A DNA stretch of 64,000 nt, taken from Gemmatimonadales bacterium (lineage in GTDB: Bacteria; Gemmatimonadota; Gemmatimonadetes; Gemmatimonadales; GWC2-71-9). Each line of letters opens with the position of its first letter. Position 1 is the stretch's first letter. A program made the translations under genes and the position numbers. The notes under the pieces are model-generated. The model was given only the letters and a program-made list of their open reading frames with translations, did no database searches and had not been told where the DNA came from. Below, piece by piece: positions 1 to 8,204 of the stretch. The stretch is taken from contig DATNIM010000009.1 of assembly GCA_035604455.1 (NCBI GenBank), forward strand, positions 1,813 through 65,812. Direction: 5' to 3'.

Positions 1-122
1 ATCAGAAGGGCGGCGAACAAGTGGGCGTCGTTCACGACCGGGTTGCCGCGCTCCCGCGCGAGCGTCCCGGCCTGCTGCAACGCCTCAGCGGCTTTCACCG
101 TCAAACGTTCTGGTCGAATCAT
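1..122 (-). CDS. Clp/Hsp100 ATPase (ClpB-like), 5' fragment running off the window edge
   Basis: Too short for the ORF track. The reverse-strand ATG at 122..120 translates to MIRPERLTVKAAEALQQAGTLARERGNPVVNDAHLFAALL. This resembles the Clp_N repeat at the N-terminus of ClpB/ClpA/ClpC. Only 40 codons are visible. Confidence 0.55.
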   Translation of the reverse strand, partial: MIRPERLTVKAAEALQQAGTLARERGNPVVNDAHLFAALL

Positions 123-149
123 ACCGGACGGGTTAGGGGCAACCTCTGT

Positions 150-218
150 GCCTGAAAAAGGTGCCGTTCTGGCAGCGGGAGGGACTAAGCGGCTCTGCCG
201 GAGCCTTGAGAAAGGTGC
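150..218. repeat. Two copies of a 15-16 nt direct repeat in the ClpB-like 5' region
   Basis: Plus-strand gcctgaaaaaggtgc (150-164) and gccttgagaaaggtgc (203-218) match at 14 of 16 positions. They start 53 nt apart. Confidence 0.4.
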
Positions 219-222
219 TGCT

Positions 223-254
223 AAAACGAGGCCCCGAGCCAAGCGGCCCGGGGC
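223..254 (-). terminator. Intrinsic terminator downstream of the 262..696 gene
   Basis: The minus strand reads gccccgggcc-gctt-ggctcggggc followed by ctcgtttt. That is a roughly 10-bp GC-rich stem, a 4-nt loop and a U-rich tail, starting 8 nt after the stop codon. Confidence 0.65.
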
Positions 255-261
255 GACACGC

Positions 262-696
262 TCACCTCACCATGACCATTTTCTTCGTGTAGCGCGTCCC
301 GTCCACGGTGAGCTGATACAGGTAGACGCCTGACGCACGCTGGGTCCCGATGCGACCAGCCGAGGGGACCCTCCCGTCCCAAGACGCCGTGTAGGTACAC
401 CCGACCGGGTCCGCACAAGCGAGCTCGAGGTTACTCAGAGCCTCGCCCGTGGCGTCGAGGAGGGGTGTGGCCACGACCTGGGCCAACACGTTGTAAATCT
501 TGAGCGAAACGCGGGGCCGATGGCCGTTGGCGAACAGTTCGCCCCCGAGCGTGAACCCGACCGCCGTTCCCGGTCCCCGATCCGACCGGTACTCCCTTAA
601 CTCGACCGTGGGCGGCAGGGACTGCGCCGCCAGTGGCGCCACAACTCCCAGCGCCGCAACGATAACACCAAGCATTTGCCAGGCGTGGTGCTTCAT
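262..696 (-). CDS. Small secreted protein consisting essentially of a FlgD-Ig / T9SS C-terminal sorting-like domain
   Basis: ORF 262..720 trimmed to the ATG at 696, which has GAGG 7 nt upstream. It has a signal peptide, MKHHAWQMLGVIVAALGVVAPLAAQ. The C-terminus VSLKIYNVL...YTASWDGR...SGVYLYQLTVDGTRYTKKMVMVR resembles FlgD_ig / Por-secretion tail domains. Confidence 0.6.
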   Translation of the reverse strand: MKHHAWQMLGVIVAALGVVAPLAAQSLPPTVELREYRSDRGPGTAVGFTLGGELFANGHRPRVSLKIYNVLAQVVATPLLDATGEALSNLELACADPVGCTYTASWDGRVPSAGRIGTQRASGVYLYQLTVDGTRYTKKMVMVR

Positions 697-792
697 CTGC
701 CCACCTCGCGAACGAGACAAATCCCTTAGGCGGCACTCCTTATCAGTACGGGTTTCGCGGGCGCGAACGTCTTCCCGGACGACCGTAATAAC

Positions 793-2712
793 TTACGAAT
801 CGGCGTTCGGCGCTGTCAATCGCATCAGCGTCCTCGCGTCCCCCAGGCGCTTCGTAATCCCTCGGCGATCAGCCCATTCGAGCAATGGAATCAAGAACTT
901 ACGACTGACCCCCAGGCGGTCCCGAAGTTCCGCCGGGGTGGCGGAGCTCTCCCCAATCGCGGCCTCAAGCGCCCCACGAAAGCGCTGGAGCGCGGCGGGG
1001 TCCGCATAGCGCTCCTGGTCCACTTGTTCGAGCGCCCCGACTCGGACGAGGTGCGCAATAAGCGGCAGAAGCTCCGGCCACCCGAAGTCGCGCTGGATCT
1101 CGGCCACGGTCGGGACCCGCCACTCGGCCGCCGCGACGAGGGCGAGGAGCCTCGTCTTGGCGTCCTCCGCTCTCGCGTCGAGCGCGGGTTGCCACGCCCG
1201 GACCCGGACCACGGCGCCGCTCACCTCGCACCTGCCGTCCCGGCAGGCCGTCTCGACCACTCGATCGAGGACGCTTGCCGGCGCGCCGTCCTTTCCCGCG
1301 TCCTGAGCGATGGCGGCGCGCATCGCCTGCAGCGACATCCCGGGATCGAGGGGGTGCTCGGCGTGAAAGCGCTCGAGTCGAGCCCGCACCTGTGTAGCCG
1401 CATCGGCCACGGCCCGCGCCGACACGACGACCGACTCGGACACTAAGAGCTCGCTCGGAGGACTGGCAATGATCTGCGTCACATGCTGCGGTGGGAGTCC
1501 GAGGCGGACGCCGAGATCGGCGATGGGCACGCCGCCAAGCCCCGCTTCCGCCGCGAACGCGCCCAACCGCTCCATCGCGCCGTCGGTGACGGCGAGGTGC
1601 CGGTGCCTGAGTCTCGGACCCGGAACAGCCGGGTATGGGTCGAGCACGACGCCGCCCCCGATCGTGGTCACCGGGGAGAACGACCGCAGCACGAAGCGGT
1701 CGTTGCCGCGGGCGACGAGCGGGGTCTCGAGCAGAAACCGCGCGCGACCGGTGGCGCCGGGCTCGATCGAGCGCACCTGAACCGCGCGGGCGAGGATTTC
1801 GGCCGTCCCCAGGTGTACCCGCACCCGGGTTCTCGTCGTGAGCGGGTGCCGGGCCGAAGGGAGGAGTTCGACCGAGGCGTCGAGGACGCGGGTCGCCCGC
1901 CATCCCGTGCCGGTGACCGCGACGTGGCCCCGGGCGAGCTCGCTCTTGTCCACGCCGACCAAAGCCAAGGCGGTACGCCGTCCCGGCACCGCGCGTGCTG
2001 CCGCATGGCCGTGCACTTCGATCGAGCGCACGCGAGCTGTGCGGCCCAACGGCAGCAGGGTGACGACCTGGCCTACCGCGACCGTCCCGCTCCAGGTTGA
2101 GCCCGTTACGACGGTGCCGGCCCCGGCCAGCGTGAACACGCGGTCAAGTGGTAGGCGAAAAACGTCCGAGACCTCGCGATCGCGCGTTTCCCGGGCCGCG
2201 CGCTCGAGCGCTCGACGGAGCGCATCGAGCCCCGCTCCGGTGACGGCCGAGACCGCGACCGGCGGGTCCCAGCGCACCCGGCTCGTGGCGAGTCGGTCCG
2301 AAACCTCGCTCCGCACGAGCCCAAGCCATTCCTCATCCACCAGATCGCACTTCGTGAGCACCGGCACGCCGCGGGCGACACCGAGGAGCTCGACGATCGC
2401 CAGGTGCTCCTCCGTCTGCGGCATGATCCCTTCGTCTGCGGCGATCACGAGGAGAGCGATATCGACGCCGGTGGCGCCGGCGAGCATGTTGCGGACGAAC
2501 CCTTCATGGCCGGGCACGTCGACCATGCTGGCCTCGATCCCGTCGCCGAGTGCAAGCGGCGCGAACCCGAGGTCGATCGTGATCCCGCGGCGCTTTTCCT
2601 CTTCCCACCGGTCGGTGTCGACACCCGTCAAGGCTTTGACGAGCGCCGTCTTGCCGTGGTCGATGTGGCCGGCGGTGCCGACTACGACGCGGCGTGGCTC
2701 GCCTTGGCCCAC
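793..2712 (-). CDS. selB: Selenocysteine-specific translation elongation factor SelB
   Basis: 639-aa ORF. The N-terminal GTPase carries VVVGTAGHIDHGKTALVKALTG, DRWEEEKRRGITIDLGF and DVPGHE. The long C-terminal winged-helix region is typical of SelB. The start may be one of the GTG codons near 2688, which would remove the overlap with recO. Confidence 0.88.
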   Translation of the reverse strand: MGQGEPRRVVVGTAGHIDHGKTALVKALTGVDTDRWEEEKRRGITIDLGFAPLALGDGIEASMVDVPGHEGFVRNMLAGATGVDIALLVIAADEGIMPQTEEHLAIVELLGVARGVPVLTKCDLVDEEWLGLVRSEVSDRLATSRVRWDPPVAVSAVTGAGLDALRRALERAARETRDREVSDVFRLPLDRVFTLAGAGTVVTGSTWSGTVAVGQVVTLLPLGRTARVRSIEVHGHAAARAVPGRRTALALVGVDKSELARGHVAVTGTGWRATRVLDASVELLPSARHPLTTRTRVRVHLGTAEILARAVQVRSIEPGATGRARFLLETPLVARGNDRFVLRSFSPVTTIGGGVVLDPYPAVPGPRLRHRHLAVTDGAMERLGAFAAEAGLGGVPIADLGVRLGLPPQHVTQIIASPPSELLVSESVVVSARAVADAATQVRARLERFHAEHPLDPGMSLQAMRAAIAQDAGKDGAPASVLDRVVETACRDGRCEVSGAVVRVRAWQPALDARAEDAKTRLLALVAAAEWRVPTVAEIQRDFGWPELLPLIAHLVRVGALEQVDQERYADPAALQRFRGALEAAIGESSATPAELRDRLGVSRKFLIPLLEWADRRGITKRLGDARTLMRLTAPNADS

Positions 2713-3455
2713 GTGTGGCGTTCCCAGGAGTCGAGCGCGGTGAGCGCCTCACCCACATGATAGCGCACGAAGCGCGCGACGAGACGTCGGTGCGCCGCGG
2801 CGTGGGACGGATCGAGCGGCGGAAGCGCCTGTGCGCGGTCGGCCAGCGCAAGGAGCGCGTCGTAGTCCGTGGGCGGCAGCTTGGTGGGGGGCTCCCGCGG
2901 CGCGCAGCGGCCGCAGAGCACACCGCCCTCGGCGGCGCTGAAGACCACGGGGTCGCGGGGGTGGTCGATCGGGGTGCCGTCCCGCGCGCAAGCCTCGAGC
3001 GAGGGACCGAACCCGACCTCGGCCACGAGCACCCACAGGGCCCGAACGCCGGCCGCTTCGATCGCCTCGGGTGCGGCGCCGGCGAGGTCGTCGAGCAGGC
3101 CCACGAAGGCGTCGTACGCCGCTGGAAGTGGCGCGGGCGGCGCCGTCTTGAGCATGACTTCCGCGAGGGCCGCGGCCGCGCTGAAGCGGGCGACGTCGCC
3201 CGCGAGGCTCTGGCGGAGGTTCTGAACGTCGAAGGCGCCGAGCGTGTGGAGCTCGCGGCTCTCGCGGAAGTATAGCTGCGCCTCGCCTTCGGCCAGGAAC
3301 TGAAGCGCCGCTCCGAAGCGGCTCTTCGGACGAAAGACGCCTTTGGCGATGGCGCTCTGGACGCCGAGCTCCCGCGTGGCGAGACGCACGACTTTGGACG
3401 TCTCGCTGTATCGGTAGGTGCGCAACACGACGGCCGGGGTGAGGACGAGAGACAT
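2682..3455 (-). CDS. recO: DNA repair protein RecO
   Basis: ORF 2682..3578 trimmed to the ATG at 3455. MSLVLTPAVVLRTYRYSETSKVVRLATRELGVQSAIAKG... is a RecO N-terminal OB fold. A CGRC zinc motif is present near the C-terminus. Confidence 0.85.
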   Translation of the reverse strand: MSLVLTPAVVLRTYRYSETSKVVRLATRELGVQSAIAKGVFRPKSRFGAALQFLAEGEAQLYFRESRELHTLGAFDVQNLRQSLAGDVARFSAAAALAEVMLKTAPPAPLPAAYDAFVGLLDDLAGAAPEAIEAAGVRALWVLVAEVGFGPSLEACARDGTPIDHPRDPVVFSAAEGGVLCGRCAPREPPTKLPPTDYDALLALADRAQALPPLDPSHAAAHRRLVARFVRYHVGEALTALDSWERHTWAKASHAAS

Positions 3456-3463
3456 GCGGGGCG

Positions 3464-4516
3464 CTAGGGAATGAGCACCGTCACGGCCGCTACGGGGCAG
3501 ACCCCGATGGTGACGTCTGCCACCTCGCTGTAATCGGGCGGCGGGTTGAGCACGTGCAGGACCCCGGGCCCCGAGCACGTGCCCTGGTCGACCGCATACA
3601 CGCGCCCCGTGGGATCAATCGTGAGAGCGACGACACCCGCGCCGTCCGGCTTGACGCCGTCGCCCGGCCCCCGGACGAGCGTACGGGTGGTCGTGTTCAC
3701 TTCAAGAATCCCCTGCGTCGGCGACGCGATGAGGATGCGGCCGGTGGGGTGATACACGAGCGGCCCCGGCGAGTCGCCGAGACCGAGCAGCACGGCCTGC
3801 TCCCGCCCGGCCAGGGTGTCCACGATGGACAGCTTGCCATCGCCCTTCCCCGCTGTCCCGGCCTCGATCACGTACAGGAACCCGTCGTCGCCGAGCGTGA
3901 TGAACCGGGCGTTGGTGCCGGAGAGCGGGCCCGAGTCCGGTACGACGGGCCCGACCGCGTCCGCCGACAGCTCGCTGATCCAGCTGGGGCCCGCGGGCAC
4001 CCCCTTCGGGGCGTTGGCGTTCACGACGTACACCGTGTTGTTCACGACCGCCACGGCCTCGGGGTCGTTGCCGACGGCAAACGTGGCGGCCGCGCCGGAT
4101 CGCACGTTGAGGCGAGTGACGGTATTCTGCGCGGGGTTCGCAACCCAGACCAAGGAGTCGTTCTCGAAGGCGACGGCACCCGTGGACACGCCGGGCGCGA
4201 GACGGAGGGTGGTGTCGGATGCCGGTCTGCCGTTGTCGAACCCGAAGACGGTGAGCGCGGCGGAATCGCCGCCCGGGACCGCGAGCAGACTGCCGAAGAC
4301 AGCCACGCCCGCGGGCGTCGCCCCGGGGGGCGGCACAGCGAGCGCGGTCACAGCATGCTGCTGCACCGTGACGAGCGTGAGCGAATCGCTCCCCGCGTTC
4401 ACCAGCACCACGGAGTCGCCCCTCGCCGTCGTCTGCTCGAGCGCGTCGCTGCAGGCTACCAGCGCCGCGAGCCCGGCCAGCGCCAGCATGCGCCTCGTTG
4501 CAGCATCTACCAGCAC
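3464..4516 (-). CDS. Lipoprotein with YVTN/YncE-type beta-propeller repeats, last gene of the B12 uptake operon
   Basis: 350-aa ORF starting at a GTG. The lipobox is RRMLALAGLAALVAC-S. It contains repeated ~40-aa units with motifs such as VYVVNANA, LYVIEAG and RVYAVDQG. It starts 10 nt downstream of the TonB-dependent receptor stop. Confidence 0.75.
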   Translation of the reverse strand: MLVDAATRRMLALAGLAALVACSDALEQTTARGDSVVLVNAGSDSLTLVTVQQHAVTALAVPPPGATPAGVAVFGSLLAVPGGDSAALTVFGFDNGRPASDTTLRLAPGVSTGAVAFENDSLVWVANPAQNTVTRLNVRSGAAATFAVGNDPEAVAVVNNTVYVVNANAPKGVPAGPSWISELSADAVGPVVPDSGPLSGTNARFITLGDDGFLYVIEAGTAGKGDGKLSIVDTLAGREQAVLLGLGDSPGPLVYHPTGRILIASPTQGILEVNTTTRTLVRGPGDGVKPDGAGVVALTIDPTGRVYAVDQGTCSGPGVLHVLNPPPDYSEVADVTIGVCPVAAVTVLIP

Positions 4517-4525
4517 GCCCGAAAG

Positions 4526-6484
4526 CTAATAGCCGACGCCGAGCCGTGCCCCCACAAAGACGGTGCGTCGCCGCGCGGGAAAACCCTCGATCTCGTCGTA
4601 GGCGGCATCGAGGAGGTTCTCGACCCGCGCGGTCGCTGCAAGCTCCGGCGCGGTGCCGCGCGAGCGCACGAGCGGGATCCGCGTCGCCACGTCCACGCGT
4701 CCGAACGCCGGCAGCGTGACCCGCGTGGCCGGGAACGTCGAATAATCCTGGTCGGGCCGCGACCCGACATAGGTGACCGAAAGCCACACGCGGACGCCCC
4801 CGGGTGGGGTATAGCCCAAATCGAGACGGCCCGCGTTCGTCGGCCGGCGCACAAGCGGCTGGCCCTGGGCGAGCAGCGCGCCGCTCGTCGTGTCGAAGCC
4901 CCCGCTCGTCACCTCGGTGTGGAGATACGTGTAGCTCGCGGCGACCGATACGACGCCGGGCGTGGCCCGGGCGGAGATCTCCAAGCCATCGGCGCTCGCG
5001 CCCGCGATGTTCGTGTAGTTCGGGGCACCTGGCGCGGCGTTCGGGTCGTAGTCGATCATGTCGCGGAAGCGCTGCAGGAACCCCGTGACTTCGACGGCGG
5101 CGCGACCTCGGGCGAGCGTGCGCTCCACGCCGAGCTCCCCGGAGAACGAGTGCTCGGGCTTCAACGCCGGGTTGCCGACGGAAAACCCCGTCGAGTAGTT
5201 CTCGGCGAAGCTCGGTTCACGAAATCCCGTACCCACGCTCACGCGCACGCGGGTGTCACGAGCGACGGGATAGGCAACGCCTCCGCGGTACGTCCCATAC
5301 GTGCCGAACCGCTCGTTGTCCTCGACCCGGACGCCGCCGGTGAAGGCGAGGCCGGGACCGGGCCGGGACAGCTGCAGGTAGACGGCGCTGTTGGTCCGGC
5401 TCTGATCGGTCGGCGGCGAGCTGCAGTCGGACGATGGACTTGCGGTCTGGCAGAGGTCGGACGCCTGGTCGTGCTCGGCGTCCCCGGCCACGCCCACGGT
5501 GACGATGCCCACTGGCGCGACAAGATTCGTGCGCAGGTCGACATCCACCCTCCGCTCTTTGTCCGCGCTGTTGTACAGGGTGTAGAAATTCGCGCTGTCG
5601 GGGAGGTCGTTGTACCCAGCGTCGAGGCTGTGGAACCCGACGACGAGCTGCGTTTCGACGGAGCGAGAGAAGTGGTGCCCGACACGGACGCCGATCGTCG
5701 GCCCCGTGCCGTTCGTCTGTTGGGAGCTGTCCACGGGGACACCGGCGCCGTCGGTCGGGAAGTGGTAGGTGTAGTTGTCGTAGTGGACGGTGAGTGCCAA
5801 GTCCGTCGCGGAATCGGGCGTCATGCGAAGCGTGGCCGAAAACGGCGTATTCGCATACTGGTTGTTGAACGCGTAGACCCCGGCGCTCGTGAAATGGGAG
5901 GCGGCGATCGAGTAGTGCACGACCCCGCTGCCGCCGGTCAGCGAGCCCTCCCAATCGCGGGTGTTGTACGTCCCTCCAAGGATGGACAGGTCAGCGCGTC
6001 CGGGCCCGCTTCCCGTCCGGGTGAAGATTTGCACCACGCCGGTCACGGCATCCGATCCGTAGACAACGCTCGCCGGGCCGCGCACGATTTCGATCCGCTC
6101 GACGTCATTGGTCATCAGGTTCGCGAAATCATAGGCCCCGCCAGCTTGATTCACGGGCACCCCGTCCACCAACACCTTCACGTAGTCGCTTTGCCCGCCC
6201 CGCACGAAGAGCGACGCCACGCTCCCGAAGGACCCGGCCTGGACGAGAACGCTCGCGGGCACGGCGTCGAGGGCCTGGGCGACGGTCGTGACGCCCTGCG
6301 CCACGAGGTCTGCCCCTCGGAGGACGGTCACGGGCTGCGCGAGCGCGCTGACGGGGGTGGCCAACCGGGTCGCCGTCACGACAACGGGATCAAGCGGGAC
6401 CGGTGCCGAGTCGACGCGCTGCTGGGCACCGAGCGGTGCTGCGGCGAGGAGCAGCACGCCTGCAGCTCTCAACGAATGGGTCAT
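4526..6484 (-). CDS. btuB: TonB-dependent outer-membrane receptor, BtuB-like (vitamin B12)
   Basis: ORF 4526..6556 trimmed to the ATG at 6484. It has a signal peptide and a TonB box, DPVVVTATR. The plug motifs GSFGSVASLFVRGGQSDYVKVLVDGVPVN and IEIVRGPASVVYGSDAVTGVVQIFTR are present. The barrel ends in VGARLGVGY. It lies in a riboswitch-controlled operon. Confidence 0.9.
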   Translation of the reverse strand: MTHSLRAAGVLLLAAAPLGAQQRVDSAPVPLDPVVVTATRLATPVSALAQPVTVLRGADLVAQGVTTVAQALDAVPASVLVQAGSFGSVASLFVRGGQSDYVKVLVDGVPVNQAGGAYDFANLMTNDVERIEIVRGPASVVYGSDAVTGVVQIFTRTGSGPGRADLSILGGTYNTRDWEGSLTGGSGVVHYSIAASHFTSAGVYAFNNQYANTPFSATLRMTPDSATDLALTVHYDNYTYHFPTDGAGVPVDSSQQTNGTGPTIGVRVGHHFSRSVETQLVVGFHSLDAGYNDLPDSANFYTLYNSADKERRVDVDLRTNLVAPVGIVTVGVAGDAEHDQASDLCQTASPSSDCSSPPTDQSRTNSAVYLQLSRPGPGLAFTGGVRVEDNERFGTYGTYRGGVAYPVARDTRVRVSVGTGFREPSFAENYSTGFSVGNPALKPEHSFSGELGVERTLARGRAAVEVTGFLQRFRDMIDYDPNAAPGAPNYTNIAGASADGLEISARATPGVVSVAASYTYLHTEVTSGGFDTTSGALLAQGQPLVRRPTNAGRLDLGYTPPGGVRVWLSVTYVGSRPDQDYSTFPATRVTLPAFGRVDVATRIPLVRSRGTAPELAATARVENLLDAAYDEIEGFPARRRTVFVGARLGVGY

Positions 6485-7278
6485 GCGCCGTCCTTTCCCC
6501 TGCGAAGCGGAATGGCCTGGGGCCGGCCTTCGAACAACTCGATCTGGACCGGCCACGCGAAGACTTCCTCGATGACGGCGCGGGTAAGCACGTCCGGCGG
6601 GCCCGCGGCCACGGGGCGGCCCCGGGAAAGCACGAGCACCCGGTCGGCGTAGCGCGCGGCGAGGTTGACGTGATGGGTGATGACGAGAACGCCAAGCGCG
6701 TGCTCGTCGGCGAGCGAGCGGGCGAGTTCGAAGAGCTCCATCTCGTGCCGCAAATCGAGACTCGCCGTGGGCTCGTCCAACACCAACAGCTGTGGCTCCT
6801 GGGCGAGCGCGCGGGCGATCCGGACCCGCTGATACTCACCGCCCGAGAGCGTCGAGACCCAGCGGTCGGCGAGCGCGCTCAGGTCACAGCGTTCGAGGGC
6901 CCGGGAGATGGCCTGGCGGTCCGCGTCCCTGGCCGCGCGCCACGCCGAGAGGTGCGGATACCGCCCCAGGGCCACGGTATCCCGCACTCGCTGCGGGAAC
7001 ACGAAATCCTCGCGTTGCGGCACGACGCCCACGGTCCGCGCGAGCTCCCCGAGTGACCACGCGGCGATCGGCTTCCCGAGGAGCATCGCCGTCCCTTCGC
7101 GCGCCGCGTGCGCGCCGAGCGCCACCCGCACGAGCGTCGTCTTCCCGCTGCCGTTCGGGCCCAGCACGCCCTGCACCTCGCCGCGTCGCACGGCGAGCGT
7201 AACGCCGGACAGCGCATCCGCCGCGGTACCCGGGTAGCGGAAGGCGACACCGCTCAGTTCGAGGATCAGGCCGTCCAT
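6481..7278 (-). CDS. btuD: ABC transporter ATP-binding protein (BtuD/FepC family)
   Basis: This is the C-terminal 265 aa of ORF 6481..8754, starting MDGLILELSGV. It has Walker A GPNGSGKTT, the signature LSGGEYQRV and Walker B LLVLDEPT. It overlaps the permease stop by 13 nt. Confidence 0.9.
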   Translation of the reverse strand: MDGLILELSGVAFRYPGTAADALSGVTLAVRRGEVQGVLGPNGSGKTTLVRVALGAHAAREGTAMLLGKPIAAWSLGELARTVGVVPQREDFVFPQRVRDTVALGRYPHLSAWRAARDADRQAISRALERCDLSALADRWVSTLSGGEYQRVRIARALAQEPQLLVLDEPTASLDLRHEMELFELARSLADEHALGVLVITHHVNLAARYADRVLVLSRGRPVAAGPPDVLTRAVIEEVFAWPVQIELFEGRPQAIPLRRGKDGA

Positions 7279-8204
7279 CGGCGCACGAGGAGGGCGAACA
7301 GCGGGACGCCGACGAGCGCGGTGACGATCCCCACGGGGAGCTCGCGGGGGGCCACGACGACCCGCGCGACGGTGTCGGCGAGCGTGAGCAACGTGCCGCC
7401 GCCGACGAACGCCGCCGGAAGAAGCGCCCGATGACGATGGCCGAACAGCGCGCGGACGCCGTGGGGCACGATCAGCCCGACGAAGCCGATCACGCCGGAG
7501 ACGGCGACCGCGACCGCGGTGAGAAGCGACGCCGCCACGTAGACCCGCCGCCGCAAGGCCCCGACGTCCGTTCCCAGGTAGCGAGCCGGTTCTTCCCCCA
7601 GGGCGAGCAGATCGAGCGGCCGCGCGGCGGCGAACAGCACGGCGAGGGGAATCGGGAGATAGACCGCGACGACGACCACAGCATCCCAGGACGCCCCCGA
7701 CAGTCCTCCCCACAACCACAGGAGCGCGTTGCGGAGTGCCACGGCGTCCGCGAGACTCACGACCGCGGTCGTGAGAGCCCCGGCAAACGCGCCCACTGCG
7801 ACCCCGCCCAAGATCAGGCCTCGCGGATCGAGCTCGCTCCCCTGGGCGAGCGCGATCCGGTAGACGAGGGCCATCGCCGCCAGGGCGCCGGCAAATGCCG
7901 CAAGGGGCGTCGCCCATGCGCCCGGGAGGCCCGCGGCGATCGCGAGCACGGCCCCGAGCCCCGCCCCCCCGGACAACCCGAGCAGGAACGGGTCCGCGAG
8001 CGGGTTCCGCACAACGGCTTGCAAGGCGGCTCCTGCCGTCCCGAGCGCGCCGCCTACGAGAAAGGCGAGCAGCGCCCGCGGCACGCGCAGCGTGCGCACG
8101 ATGGGGGAGCTCGCGAACTCGCTCCAGGGCACATGAGTTGGGCCGATGGCGACGGCGAGGATGAGGGCCGCGAGCGCAGCCAGGAGGAGACCCGCCCGCT
8201 TCAT
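7266..8204 (-). CDS. btuC: FecCD-family ABC permease (BtuC-like)
   Basis: 312-aa polytopic membrane ORF with FecCD motifs (NPLADPFLLGLSGGAGLG, GVIGFVGLIVPH). Confidence 0.9.
   Translation of the reverse strand: MKRAGLLLAALAALILAVAIGPTHVPWSEFASSPIVRTLRVPRALLAFLVGGALGTAGAALQAVVRNPLADPFLLGLSGGAGLGAVLAIAAGLPGAWATPLAAFAGALAAMALVYRIALAQGSELDPRGLILGGVAVGAFAGALTTAVVSLADAVALRNALLWLWGGLSGASWDAVVVVAVYLPIPLAVLFAAARPLDLLALGEEPARYLGTDVGALRRRVYVAASLLTAVAVAVSGVIGFVGLIVPHGVRALFGHRHRALLPAAFVGGGTLLTLADTVARVVVAPRELPVGIVTALVGVPLFALLVRRWTA

Noticed and set aside
123-222. A CIRCE (HrcA) or HAIR (HspR) operator, or a sigma-32 promoter, upstream of the ClpB-like gene.
   Set aside because: Only a CTTGAG half-site is present, with no inverted partner. 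There is no TTAGCACTC-N9-GAGTGCTAA, and no convincing CTTGAA/CCCCAT pair at correct spacing.
3554-6652. A 1032-aa plus-strand ORF, together with many other 100-760-aa ORFs in the track (e.g. 3702..4787, 5256..5954, 27592..28779, 39861..41288, 42410..43255, 55763..57499, 58676..60679).
   Set aside because: They lie antisense to, or out of frame with, genes that have clear family motifs. They are rich in Arg/Pro/Gly/Ala, as expected from stop-codon depletion in very GC-rich DNA. None has a recognisable domain.
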